Shown here: piece by piece, positions 50,293 to 62,848 of the stretch
How positions within the stretch are numbered: the first letter of the stretch is position 1
How the letters are laid out: each line of letters opens with the position of its first letter
DNA from: Podarcis cretensis
Lineage: Eukaryota
Assembly: GCA_951804945.1 (NCBI GenBank)
Contig: OX638154.1
Location: 60,078,001-60,142,000 of the forward strand
Reading direction: 5' to 3'
DNA length: 64,000 nt
Translations under genes and position numbers: made by a program
Notes under the pieces: model-generated
What the model was told of the DNA's origin: nothing
Seen by the model: the letters and a program-made list of their open reading frames with translations, nothing else
The model's database searches: none

Positions 50293-50428
50293 CAGGCTTC
50301 CTCAACCTCGGCCCTCCAGACATTTTTGGCCTACAACTCCCATGATCCCTAGCTAGCAGGACCAGCAGACAGGGATGATGGGAATTGTAGTCTCAAAACA
50401 TCTGGAGGGCCGAGGCTGAGGAAGCCTG
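50293..50428. mobile_element. hAT-type palindromic MITE
   Basis: CAGGCTTCCTCAACCTCGGCCCTCCAGA...TCTGGAGGGCCGAGGCTGAGGAAGCCTG; degenerate TSD acctaaaat/acctagat. Confidence 0.85.
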
Positions 50429-52089
50429 ACCTAGATGGTAGCTGGTGTTCTTCCACATAAAGAGGAGAGAGTAAATGTGTGGGTATTGTTGGACTGGCCT
50501 TAGTAGTGTCTGAACTGGGCAGAGAGAGCAGCAGCAGGAAACTAATGCAATTGCTTAATGGAATGTCATTAAGTCAAGAATGAGCTTTGGCCCAGCACAT
50601 CTGAACACAGCTGTGAAGAAGCTTCGCTATGCCATTGTGGGTTTTCCTTTGGAATTCAGGATTCATCTGAATCCAATGCACACCCCTAGTACACAATGCA
50701 GATTCCTGTTGCAAATCAACTAAAACCATAACACACACCTTTTCTTACCTCCTGTGAACTAACCATGCATTGAGCAACAATAGACCAACCCACGGCTCTC
50801 CAAATAATATAAGAGACTTAAAATAGATGCGCAGAGCATATGCTTCAAATGTTACAGTTTTAACTGGAACAAAACATGAGTCTATAATAGACTCGTTCAA
50901 CAAACAAACAAACCCCCAAATGTATCAAGCAGTATGAAGAACACAATGCTGAACTTGTAAGATCCCAAAAAAATGCAACCCTGACAAATTTAATGAAGAT
51001 CCACTCCCTAGAGGACTGGAGTGCAAGAGGGAGAACCCTACAGGCAAAACTGGATCAACCGTGACAGCTTCTTCTACCTGAAGTCAAATGAGAGTAGAGG
51101 AAAATTAGCACCTTGTGGGAGAGTTTGACATTAGTCAGCACTTCAAGGTGGTTTTCATTTTGTTTTTTGTACGAAAGCAGCAGAGCAGGTTTTTATGATA
51201 TGGTGTGCCAGGCCCACAAAGCCTGTAAAATTGCTTCTCTGCAGGTTCAGAATCAGCAATTGCCTGGGTGGGGGCAGTAGCATACAGCGGTAGGGGCAGA
51301 GAAAGAGTCCAATTTTCAGTAAGTTGAAACTCACACAGACAGCCTCCAGTTTTGCAGAAATTACATGCTTGTCTGTACATGCCATTTTCTTTAATGAATC
51401 CAAAACTAATAGTGACTCATCTAAGTCAAAGGTGACTTCTCTGAATGTTTGGGGAGCTCTCTGCCACATTCTAGCCTCCTACTTTCTGCAGCAACCATTT
51501 CCAAGAATCAAATTTGAACATTTATGAGCCAAACTAGCTGGGCACATTTCACGAACACCTTTCCCTCTATTGCCTGCGCCCCTCCTTTTCTTTGATCGTT
51601 ATTTGGTGGAAGGAGAATGAAAGGTGTTTAAATGATTGCAGAAACCCCCAAATGTACTCAGGACTACCATGCTCTCCCCTGACAAGTGCCCCTTCCCAGT
51701 ACAGCCAAAAATAAAAAGAGCCTCTTCCAAGTACATTTTGGGCAGATGTGGTGCCCATCCTATCTCCTCAGGTCACAATACACTCAGAAAGAAAGGGGGG
51801 GATAACTCTTCACAATCCCAATGGCCACTTGCTCTCGTATCAGCCATCCTCTAATAGAGCAGTGAAGCTGCCATTTAGCCAGTGAGAATTGGCTATGTGA
51901 TGATATTACCAGTGAAGCAAATTCAGAGTGAGGACATTTTCTTTTTTAAAAAAAATCTGTGTTAGATTTGTTTGTCCTGAGTGACATTACCAACTAGCTA
52001 ATTCTCACTGAATACATCAGGGGAGGGGGGGAATGGTGCCAAATAAGCAATTGAGTAGCACTGTGAATATAAGCAAAGGAGCATAGCAC

Positions 52090-52545
52090 AAAAGATGCTA
52101 TGTCCCCTCACCTCAACACCCTCAGGTGCTAAATGTGTATAATGACAGCGCCAAGTGTAATATCTCTGAGGAGAGCATTCCACAATTGGGGAACGACCAC
52201 AAAAAAGACTTGTTCTTGTCTAGCCACTCTTTGCAGCTCCCTTGGACTCAAGATGATGATGGCAGGGTCCAGATAGGTTCATGTGGGGAGATGTGGTCCA
52301 GAAGGTATTTGGGTCATGAGCTGCATAAGGCTTTATAGGTCTAAACCGGCAGTCTGAATTGAGTCCAGAAACGAATTGGCAGTGAATGAAGGCAGATTAG
52401 GATTGGTGTTATAGGATCAAACATCCTACACCCAGTTAACAATTTGGCTGGTGGATTCTACACTGGCTGCAGTTCTGAACTGTTTTCAAAGGCAGCCCCA
52501 CGTATAAGGCATTGCAGTAATCTAATCTAGAGCTTACCTGAGCAC
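52090..52545 (-). mobile_element. Degraded L2-clade LINE fragment (ends approximate)
   Basis: CATTGCAGTAATCTAATCTAGAG is the reverse complement of a (S)RLDYCNA-coding motif, with the downstream L2 ORF2 end. Confidence 0.65.
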
Positions 52546-54394
52546 CTTGTAGGTTAGATTACTGTTGACCTGCAACTGCCATTATCTCGGACTACCAGCC
52601 ATGTTGTTTGGGATTGCTGGAAGTTGTAGTCTAACAAGATTTGCAGGGCCACAGAATAGGCTCCCCTGATGCAGAACATTCAGCTCAGTCCAATACAATA
52701 ATATAATTCTACCATTTTGTGAATTCTCCATGAATTGCTTTGGTTACTATACAAAAGTGCCATATAATCACTATTTTGTTTTCACCTCAGTCCAAACAGT
52801 ACAGCAGGTCTTCATACTGTTCCTCTAATTTTAAAATCAGTGAACATAAATGGCCTCTAAAGAGGTCCTGGAGAGTTTAGCGGGGTGTACACATACAGGG
52901 TGGGAAATGGTGGAACCATTTCATGGCAAATGGAAGTGGTGATAGGTAAAACAAACCGTTTATTCTGAAGTCCTTGAGACCAGCTCCATTGCTATAACCA
53001 AAGGACACACACTCACTCACTACTGCTATGATTATTCTTATATTTTTTTAAGAAGGAGGAAAGGGGGGAACAAAAAATGAGCTTTAGCCTTTTTCATGTT
53101 GCAAATCCACCCGCCTCCAGTTCACTGGCAATGTTATTTTACCATCACTGAGAGGAAATGGTGTAAATGTTTACGGAATAACTTTGAAACATTTAAAGAA
53201 AAGTGAGAGAAAAATATGGGGAAATAAATTCATGCAGACTCCCAAACAGTCTGAAAGGCATGGTAATTAAATTATGGAGGCTGCTTCCATCATAAAGAGT
53301 AAAAGGGAAAGGGGAGGGGAAACAGCAGGGAGCTGTGTGTTAATTTATCTTTTGGGGTAGCAAAGAGAAGGAATTGTGTTGCAAAAAGCCTACACATATA
53401 TATCTACTTATGTTTAATGTTTTTATAAGTTCAGGTCTGGGTTCTCCTCCCCCACCTGCCCCCAAATTTCATATCTAAGGTTACAGGAGATTCAGGGCCC
53501 ACAGATCTTTTGAAATAGTCTCAGAAGAAGAAAAAGCTTTCCCTTAATTACATTTACCACAAATCACTCCCTAAATCTCTCTCCCTTTTCCTTCCAAAGA
53601 GCTTAGGGTAGTTCCACCCATAATTGACCTGTGCCGTGCTCTTTTCACAAGCTCTATCAAGCATGCTTCCAGCAGCTACAGTCAGGAAATACTCTGGCAT
53701 AACAAGCTGAGGAAAGGAAGGGCAGAGCCATTTTTCATTGACAAAGAAAAACATGACCAGCCCCATAGTTTTGGATGAAACTATGTGGGCTAGTAAGTCC
53801 ACCTGCCCTGCTTCCTGAAGAGCTACTCAGAAAGCAGATTACTTAAAAAAACCCAAAAAACTAATGAAACAGATAATTATGATTTTGAATCAATGTAGGT
53901 AAATGACAAATAAAGCAGCCTAACATTATCTCAATTATGTTGCTTGGCAAAATGAAATACACGAAGGCTTACATTCCTTGAGCTTTGCTTGCTCTTGCTT
54001 TTTCTAGTGAAACTGAGATCGAAACAAGTAATGCAGATGTGGTTCTTTTTTGGCAGGATAAACATTGCAAAGGAACAAGAAACTGCTGGTCTATCTAGCT
54101 CATTATTGCTTACACTGCCTAGGAGTCTTTTCCAACTGTACCTAGAGAGGCTGGGGAATTCAATTTGGTCCCCTCTGCTTGCAAGGCAGATGCTCTGCCT
54201 ACCTTTCAGCTATGGCTGTTCACGCCAACTTCTTAAAACCACAGCATCCAAATGCCTCTGTAGCATGCCTGTTTTATAGGTCATAATCCCATTCCATAGG
54301 TCACAATTCCCAACTTGAAGATGAAGAACAAATCAGGCTGATGTCTGATGTTACTCTCTGATGCACATTCAATACACATTGCTACCTTCATAAA

Positions 54395-54692
54395 TAGGGC
54401 TGTCTTACCCATAGGTGCTTGGGGTGTGGGGCACCTAGGCACTGGGCTCTCAGGGGTGCCAGTATGGGGCCCCAGAGTTGAGTCCGGGGAAGAGCCCGCC
54501 CATCGGTCGGAGTACCACGGTGGGCTTTCTGCTGCAGGTGGCTCTGCGCCGCGAGTTAGGGGGCGACCGAGCCAGCGAGACGCTGAGGCGGCCGGCCAGC
54601 TCCGCCCTCCTGCGTGCCTGGGCAACCTGGGGGGGGTGGGGCGCTGGGCGGATCCTTGCAGCCCGGCGCCGCATATGCTTAAGACAGCCCTG
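54395..54692. mobile_element. Young GC/CpG-rich non-autonomous hAT element in PLPP3 intron
   Basis: TIRs (T)AGGGCTGTCTTA...TAAGACAGCCCTG with a perfect 8-bp TSD TTCATAAA (54387-54394, 54693-54700). Confidence 0.9.
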
Positions 54693-55078
54693 TTCATAAA
54701 CCATGGTTTATGCTAATGTTGGGCATTAGTATTCGGCCCAGCAATTTTCACATTTTGGGAAAAGGGGTTTAAAGAGAAAAAAGAAAAGAAAAATAAATTT
54801 TTAAAACCTCCCAGTCACCTTTCATTAAGGCAAGCCACATGGCCAGGTGTATAAAAAAGCTCTTAGAATTGCCCCCATATATATATAATGATTCAAATTT
54901 GATTTCTTTGGTCCGGGGGGGGGGGGCTGTCACCTGAACACTACCACCCAATGTAATGTCAAAAAACAAAGCTGGGCTGAAAACTTTGGCCCAGCATAAA
55001 CATTTACTCATTTCTCATACTGCCTTAAGAAACACTGATAAAATATGATTTCTTAAAGATACATGACCTCCTACTTAC

Positions 55079-55136
55079 CACCAAATAAAGCATGGTATAG
55101 AGGGAGAAGGAAGCATGTCCAGAAAAGAATGATTTC
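55079..55136 (-). CDS. PLPP3: PLPP3 coding exon (human exon 4 equivalent), 58 bp
   Basis: Not in the ORF track; read by hand as (R)KSFFSGHASFSLYTMLYLV with the C2 motif SGH. Acceptor is ctgttttgcag| and donor is GTG|gtaagt. Phase matches both neighbouring exons. Confidence 0.96.
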
Positions 55137-56181
55137 CTGCAAAACAGAAGAAGCAAAGTAGCACACCTGTTTTGTTACTGGCGCAAATGGCCAAATGCTT
55201 TGGTTTTCTGAACAACACCTTTGCATAGTCATCAATAAAATCAAGTATAACTCTCAGCCCCTAAAATACCAAAACAGGAACAGCAGTTTAAAATTACTTA
55301 AGGATATGAAATTAAACAGTCCACACTGCCTGTCTATATTTACTTATTTATATGTCTCTAAGATGTCTCCTTCTCCCTACACATATATACTCATAGAGAT
55401 GGCAATTTTAAATAAAATTCTGGCATGCAGCCCTGCGGCCCAGGGCACTTACGTAGCAGGTTTTACCATCTCCTAGTGCATAATCAGTTGGTCTCGCCTA
55501 TCTTCTTGAGGCAGTTTGGAACAGCAAGTTTTTTTTAAAAAAGTTATAATTTAATCTGTCTTTCTTGATATGAAAAGCTTTCTGAAATTCCTTTACTTTT
55601 TTTTTGTTATTAGTGACAAAACTGTGGGTGTTTATCTTTATAAGTGGACTCAGATATTTGCAAGCTTAAGTAGCCAAATCTATTTGCTACAAGGCTACAT
55701 AGCTTATCTGAGTTAAGTTACACCTTCCTCAAAAAATGCTTCCTTTGTAAGGAGCAGTGATTTTTATAAAGTTAGGTGTATCAAATTCTTTTAGTTGTCC
55801 CCCCCACCACCACCCAGCAGCTTTTTATAATCTTTCTCACCTTTCCATTCTTAAGTTCTTCCCTTGGACAATTATCCATTGTTTGTTTAATGAAATATAC
55901 TTGCAAATCTATCATTGAAACAGGACTTACAGTGATATTATTACACCCAGTGCAAGGGAATAAAAATTGGACAAATGACTTGCAAACTCGCGTGGAGGTA
56001 TCAAGACTAAAGGAGAGCTATTACGTCTTTAAATTTACGGTTGAGAAAGTCAACCCGCTTGCTCATTCATTCAGGTTCCTCTGTCATTTTTCAAGGTGAT
56101 TATGTAGGCAAACAAGGGTATCATTTTTATTCAAGTCACAACACACTATTTCTGATGGAAAGAGAGAGAAAAAGTTCTCAC

Positions 56182-56465
56182 CTGGCTTCCTGAACTTTGC
56201 TTTCGTCATCGTTAAAGCACTGGTACTCTTGGATATAACCCTGAGAGCAGTTGATTAGTGTAAAATTCGGCCGGCAAACCGCAATAAAATTGGGCCTCAA
56301 ACGTCCAACAGACACTTTGGCGATGTCTGTGAAAGACTGGCTGATGGCACATCCAAAGGCAAAGCAACCCACTTGCTTGTATAGAGCTGCCACATAGGGG
56401 TTCTGGATGAAGGATCGGGATGTTTCCTTTAAACAATGGATCCGATAAAACTCTCCTATTATGAT
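56182..56465 (-). CDS. PLPP3: PLPP3 coding exon (orthologous to human exon 3), 284 bp
   Basis: Translates [94 protein letters not shown](R). It contains the PAP2 C1 motif KxxxxxxRP. Acceptor is ttcccttacag| and donor is AG|gtgag. Confidence 0.97.
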
Positions 56466-59400
56466 CTGTAAGGGAAAGATACGTATATGTTTAAGTAAGA
56501 TAGGAAATTATGCATCCTTCATGAGCAGGCCACATGTCAATACAATTTTATTGGAAAAGAGCGTACAGGTGTAGCTTTTTTAGATATCCCATTTCTCCCC
56601 TCAGAAACAATCCCACTTCACTGTATGATTAATCTGGGGGAGACAGAGCATCATGGTGCCTCACTGTTGAAATGGGCGAAACATATACACTTGTGTTCCA
56701 TTGCGTCAGCTTGCTGAAGTTCATGGGCTTGCTTTGTTATGCTGGGCCAAGTTTCTGTGATTCCCTCCTCTTCCCCCCGGTAATTATTTAGGGTCTTTAT
56801 TTGAGAAAAACATTCAAATGGCACCTAGTAACTCCCCTGTGAATGCAGCCAAAATGACAAGGAAGGTACTTATTAGTATAGAGACAGACAACATTCCCCA
56901 AACAATTTACACGTCCCAAAGTTATTACTAGAGACTATCTTATAAGTACAACTTGGAATGCAATAATAAATCTGACGGCTTTGGGGGAATCTCTTACAAT
57001 TGCAAAGGCTGCAAAACGAGAGCAATCATAGTAACTGTTATTCCATGCCTTAGCTTACAGGCAATGATGACAAGCCCAGTGATATCATTAGAAAGAACTT
57101 GTCTAGCTGCTTTCATTGGACGATCCTATCTACTTCTAAACACCAAAAGAACAGAATCAAATCTGAGTGATGTGGGTGCTTTTGGCATCTTTATATATAT
57201 GAGTCATTGGGCAATTGCACCTCAGACAAAGCTGGAAATAAGCTGCAGGTGTAGCCAAAAATAGCAGGTAATTCCACAAGCACAACAGTTCCTAAGCTGA
57301 GCTTTTCCAAGTCTGTCACCTGAACGGAGAGCTCTAAAAATTCTGCTCTAGTAATTGCGGCAAAACCTTAAGCGATGCAAGACACCTGGGCCAATTCACA
57401 TGTTTTTGAAAAGGAAGTTACTACAAAGGCACTTTCCCCTCTCTCTGTTTAAACAGAGCTAGTTCACATGTCACATTAAACCATAGTTAAAATAAACTAT
57501 GGTTTAATGCAAATGAGCATACAATGCTAAGATGCGCTGCTGAAATCACAGACATTTTGCTTCTTCTCCATAGCTGGGAAGCAAGCTATGGTCTAGCTTG
57601 TGTCATCTGATCCCAGGCTCGTAGCTTCTCTCCAGATAAACCACAAGCGGAGACCAAGGTTTTCCTCTTTGACTGACATTCATGGCTTCTTTGGGATAAA
57701 CACATCATGAGGGGTTGGGAGAGCCAGTCCTGGTGCCATCACGTGACAGCAACAGGCCCAATTTGTTGTATTAGCCTGAGAGCTGGCACAGCAAGAAAAC
57801 ATTTTTTTGAGGTGGGGTGGTGGTTCTTTGCTCCTGGTCAGCACAAGTGATAGGGCTGTGGTGCAGTGGTGACCATGATGCTCCATTAATCCCTGTCACT
57901 GGTGACCATGGGTTTAGATTTCCCTCTTAGCCAAGTATGATCTTTGAAACATTAGTCTCAGCTATACTGGCAAAGAAAAAGTGCTTTATATGTGTTGTAT
58001 ATGCATTATAACATGGTGACACCAGACAGTGCTGTGGAGTTCTGTTTTCGCCAACCCAATTTCTCATACAAAGTTTACGGCGTGTTTAACTGAAACACTT
58101 CTTTGATGTGTCTATCTCTGGCCACCGTCCAGAGATAGACGAAGTGTAATTTATATTCAAAGTGTAATTTATATCACACTTTTCAGAGCCAAGTTTCTCA
58201 TTTAACCTCTGGACGGATGGAAGATTAGGCTCCTTCTCAACTCTTAGGTGAGGTAGGTCGGAATTGCATATACATTCCTGGGGGAGCATAGGTTGCTCTC
58301 CAATACATCAGGGTTCCTCAACTTGTTAAGCATGGGATTCTGGTAGATGAAGCAAACAGTTTTGTGGATCTCACAGATAGCAAGCTTATTTCTGTTGTGA
58401 CTCCACTGGGATCATTCAAAGGGGGAAAAGGAGGGTCACAAGCGGCTGACTGCTACAGGACCAGTTATCCCAGGTTGTGTGCAGGGCACTAGTCAGTGAG
58501 CAAGGAAGAAACTGGGTTGCTTTACCTTTTCCTAGGTTGCTGAGGGTGGGAATAAGTACACATTTTCTGCTTCAGCTATTACATTTTAGATGTCATCCTA
58601 AATTGTCTAAATTTACACCTTTGCATGTGATCAACATAGATACAATTGGCCAGATTCCAGGATTAGCTGTAGCTCCTTGCTTGACTGCATGCTCCCATAA
58701 AGTGCAAAATGGTTCTCATTGTAATTTCTTAAAATTGTGGGAAACACAGTTCATACCTGCACACACTTTTCTGTTGCTCTTCCTACAATGTAGCATGTTT
58801 CTGGGAGCACGACCCAAGAACCCTTGAACCATACACGGTAAGTATTTCCTGTGCCACATCTAGAGGGAATGTTCTAGACTTGACACTAATGCTATCAATC
58901 ATCATTATGAACTTGGTTTCCTGGCTTCTTATAATCTCAAGCTTTTAAAGGCAGTTTAATGAAAATCAGGCTGTGAAATCAATTCCAAATGTCACACCTC
59001 CAGGAAAGAGGCAAAAAGCTTAAATTGTTCTTTGTCACGTTACCCAAGTAGATTTTTTGAGCTCTGGTTTTACATTTTTAGGATTTTATTAATTACTTCA
59101 CTGTTTTTATACCTCTGTAATAAAATAGGTTCCTTTCCTCCCTCTCCCTCTACATGTTTTTTTATTCTGGCCAATAGAAGAATATACACATTCAATGGCC
59201 AGAAAAATGCCTTCATGCAAATCAATCTCTGAAACTGACAGTAATATTACTCGCAACATGGAAACATTGCCAATTACAGACACACACGCAAACACACAAA
59301 TTCATTCTAATTTACTTTTCTCCCCTTTACCACAAAGTCTTTCTGTACCAGCTATCACTAAAATGAATCTATAAAGCTATTTAGCTTAATATACTAATTA

Positions 59401-62400
59401 AGCAAAACAAGGAAATAACTATTAAGAGCAACAAAGCCTGCTTCACTAGATACGGAAACACAATTTTTTATATTGTAATGCTTCTGGGGGATGGTGTATT
59501 GTTGTTTTTTCCAATATTGTTGCCCAGCCACAAATGGCATGCAGGCAACATGCTAATATAAGGATGCTTAGAAGGTTCAGAAAGGATTGCTTTTCACATG
59601 TCACACCACCAAACAGCTTCCTTGCAGGTTTATCCACAAAAGAGAGAAGGAAATGGCTAGCTCTCTTATAGATGTTTCATAGAAGGGGGGGTGTCTGTTT
59701 TGATGATTATAAGATTTACAAGAATAAGAGTTATTAATAATGTGCCACAAGCTGTAAGTGTAGTATTCTTAGTATTCTGCTTAGAACCCTATGGGGGTGA
59801 TGCAAACGAAGACCCTAGAAGGTAGCAAGCAATCCAGTTTACAGGACAAAAAAGAATGCAAAGTTTAAAGGCTACAGACATAAGAGGTACTGAGAAGACT
59901 AACTACAGGAAACTGGGTTTCCTGGTTTGGGAAGGTTTGTATTGTAAGGTGCAAAACCTGAAACTGAACAAAAATACAGGGAGGGAAAACCACTAACATT
60001 AAATATTAAAAACTTCCCAAAACAGGGCTGGGAAAGAGGAGAAAGGGACATGGATTCACTGAAATTACAAGCATTCATAGCTACTTCATGGAAGAGTGTC
60101 TAGAAAAAGTGTGGGCTTGCTAGTTTAGTTTCTTTTGTTTAGTCGGCAGAAAAACAGCACATACTGAAGAGCTGCATTGTCACATTCCCCTCCCCCCCAC
60201 CGGAAATTAATATTGCGGTCCCTGGGGCTTCACCCAGGCTGTCTAGGTTTAGGAGCTAACCTGTTCCAGAATCACATGCAAGCCATGGAGAACACAAGTG
60301 CTGCACAGCTGATGGCTTATCTCGACTGTTGGACCATCTTCAAATGCAGGCGATCGGCCAGAGTCTACGTTTGCATGTGGGGCGAATAAAAGCATCTGAA
60401 TCTCAGCATCTCCTCCTTTGGCAGAACGCAATTAATTTGCCAGATGGCCTCTAATGGTTATTTACAGCCAGGGCCTCTCTCCGACAACCGTAGCATCAGT
60501 TTCTTTTCCCTATTGCTCATTTACTGGAGGATGAGTCTCTTACAAATCCCCTGTGGCTTTTGTGGACACTTGGGAATGCATTTCCACCACATATGCACAA
60601 GCAAAAGTGGCCTGTAGGCGCACTACATTAAAAAAGTACAAATATGTATAAGGGAGATGCACATGTGTTCAGCCGCTTCAGAGGAGATTCTATGCTTCCC
60701 AGCTGTCCTGGGATGGGGATGCAAATGATCAATGTAAAAACAAAAAACAACAACTGGAAATCTGCATTTTACAGTGGTTGAGCCTTTTGCTCCATACGAA
60801 CATGGGTCAGCATAACAAACTGAATTAAGGAAAGAGCGTAACAATAAGTGCTCCACCATTTTATTCTTAACACATGGAGCCTCTTAAGCCTTAGATGCCT
60901 GTCCTGAGATAGACATGGGAATATTTTGACCAGGGCCAACAAAGTCTAGGGATTAATATTTTCTCTCGCTGCTGGTGGTCCTGGTAATTGCACAGATGTA
61001 GCAGACTGTAAATTGGAGACTTCAGCCCCCCACCAGCACAACAGTGTGTATCCATGACCCGTCCTGCTTTAGCTGAAATCAGGGCCGGACCTTTAATGAG
61101 AAGCTGAAGTAGGATAAACTTGTTCTTTTGGCAACGCTGTCCCTGATTAAAAAAAAAGGGGGGGGGAGAAAGCTCAAGCAACTAATTCAGCACAGATGTG
61201 CAAAAGCTGAAACTTCATCCTGAATAAACAAGTCTTAAAGATATTAAGCTCCTCTTCTGACTTGTGTCTCCAGCAAGTAGTATGCATGTGGTGTGAACTG
61301 CTGGAAACGCTTAAAGGGGAGCAAAGCTGGTAAGGGACAAAGTGCAAAATGGCCCAGTATTTGGAAAGCATGGCTGCAAATCCGTTTTCATCAAATCCTT
61401 GAAAGGTCTCTGTGCAATTAGTTTCTATTATTCAGTCACCCTTGCAATCTCTCCTGACCACCGCCAACCATGCTTCATTTTCAAGTTACTGTGAAACACC
61501 CCCCCCCAAAAAAAAACATCTAATAGGATGGGGAGATTTAAATAAATTAAACACACTTCTCTCTGTTTTGTTTGCACTGGTTTTGACTCTACTAAGTGCA
61601 ACTGTTTCTATTTTTGCTTTAAACAAAACTTTTAAGATGCTATGCAAGTGCATGCAAAGAGAGACACGAGGAAGTAGGATAACTTTCACTTTAACTAGGT
61701 CACTGGTTCAAATTTACGGTGGACTGGTAGTGCCTTTTCTTCTGCTAAGGTGAAATTCACCTCTTTAGAGAACAGAAAAGGCTCTGTATAATTGAGGAGA
61801 TACATGTTTACGTAGAAACAAGTCCTACTATGTATAACAGGATACATTCCCATGTAAGCATGCATAGGATTTGTGTTCTTAAGTAGCAGAAGGTCACATG
61901 TCTCCTTTGTACAAGACGAACTTTTCTTACAGGAGACGAAGTCGGGTAGAGATGCCAATAGGGGATCAGGCATTGCTTATTTACTGAAATGTGCAGAGAG
62001 AAGGGCCATCAGTCACAAATATGAGACTTTACTAGATGGCCAATAAGTAGAAGTTTGCATAGAAGTTTGCAGCCATGACTTGTGGATAACATGAGGTCCT
62101 GAAAGGTCAAACCAAGCCATATTTTCTAAAGTAAAAGAAATACGATGTGGGGTAAGATTTGGGAATATTTAGGGGAGGTCTGGAAAGCACAATCCCCTAA
62201 GGCAATTAGTATCTCAAGGGTCTTGTGCATTCATATCCTCCCATGTACTGATGGAGACAAAGGTCACAGCCTCTGGTATTTACTTAACAAGAACTTTGTG
62301 GGCCTTGCAAGCCCCATAAAACATGACCTAGACCTTTTGCTCTAGATGAGGGAGTCTATTGATGACACTATATAAAATAAAGGGTTAGCAGTGTGAAAAT

Positions 62401-62714
62401 GATTGTCTTGCTTATTGTCCCCCAATGCCCTTATTCCAGCTATGGAGTGTTTGGAAAGCAAATACATCAAATTTAAAGGGGATAATTAGTACTCAGTGAA
62501 TTTAAGGTGAATTCCAGTGGTGCTACAATAATCCTGGCATCTAAGTCATGCCTTCTGGGTGGTGGTGGGAAATATATGTAGCGTATGTGCAGAATGAGAG
62601 TTAAAATCTCACCACTGGTCACCACTTGGTGGAAAACTGTTTTCCTAGATTGTATGGTATATATGGATTTAAACAGCTTTATAAACTGAAAATTGTTGGT
62701 GTTATGGAATAGAA

Positions 62715-62848
62715 CAGGAATGAGGATGTTGTGCCCCTCCAGATGTTGCTGGACTACAACTCCCATCATCCGTGACCAATCCTGATTAGTGCTGATGGAA
62801 GTTGGAGTCCAAAAACAGGTTGGGGGGGACAGAAGTTCCCCACTTCTG
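62715..62848. mobile_element. hAT-type MITE copy
   Basis: CAG...CCCTCCAGATGTTGCTGGACTACAACTCCCATC...GATGGAAGTTGGAGTCC...CTG. Confidence 0.65.

Noticed and set aside
54281-54716. Overlapping ORFs and an apparent CpG-island promoter
   Set aside because: Explained by the GC-rich hAT element with TIRs and an 8-bp TSD.
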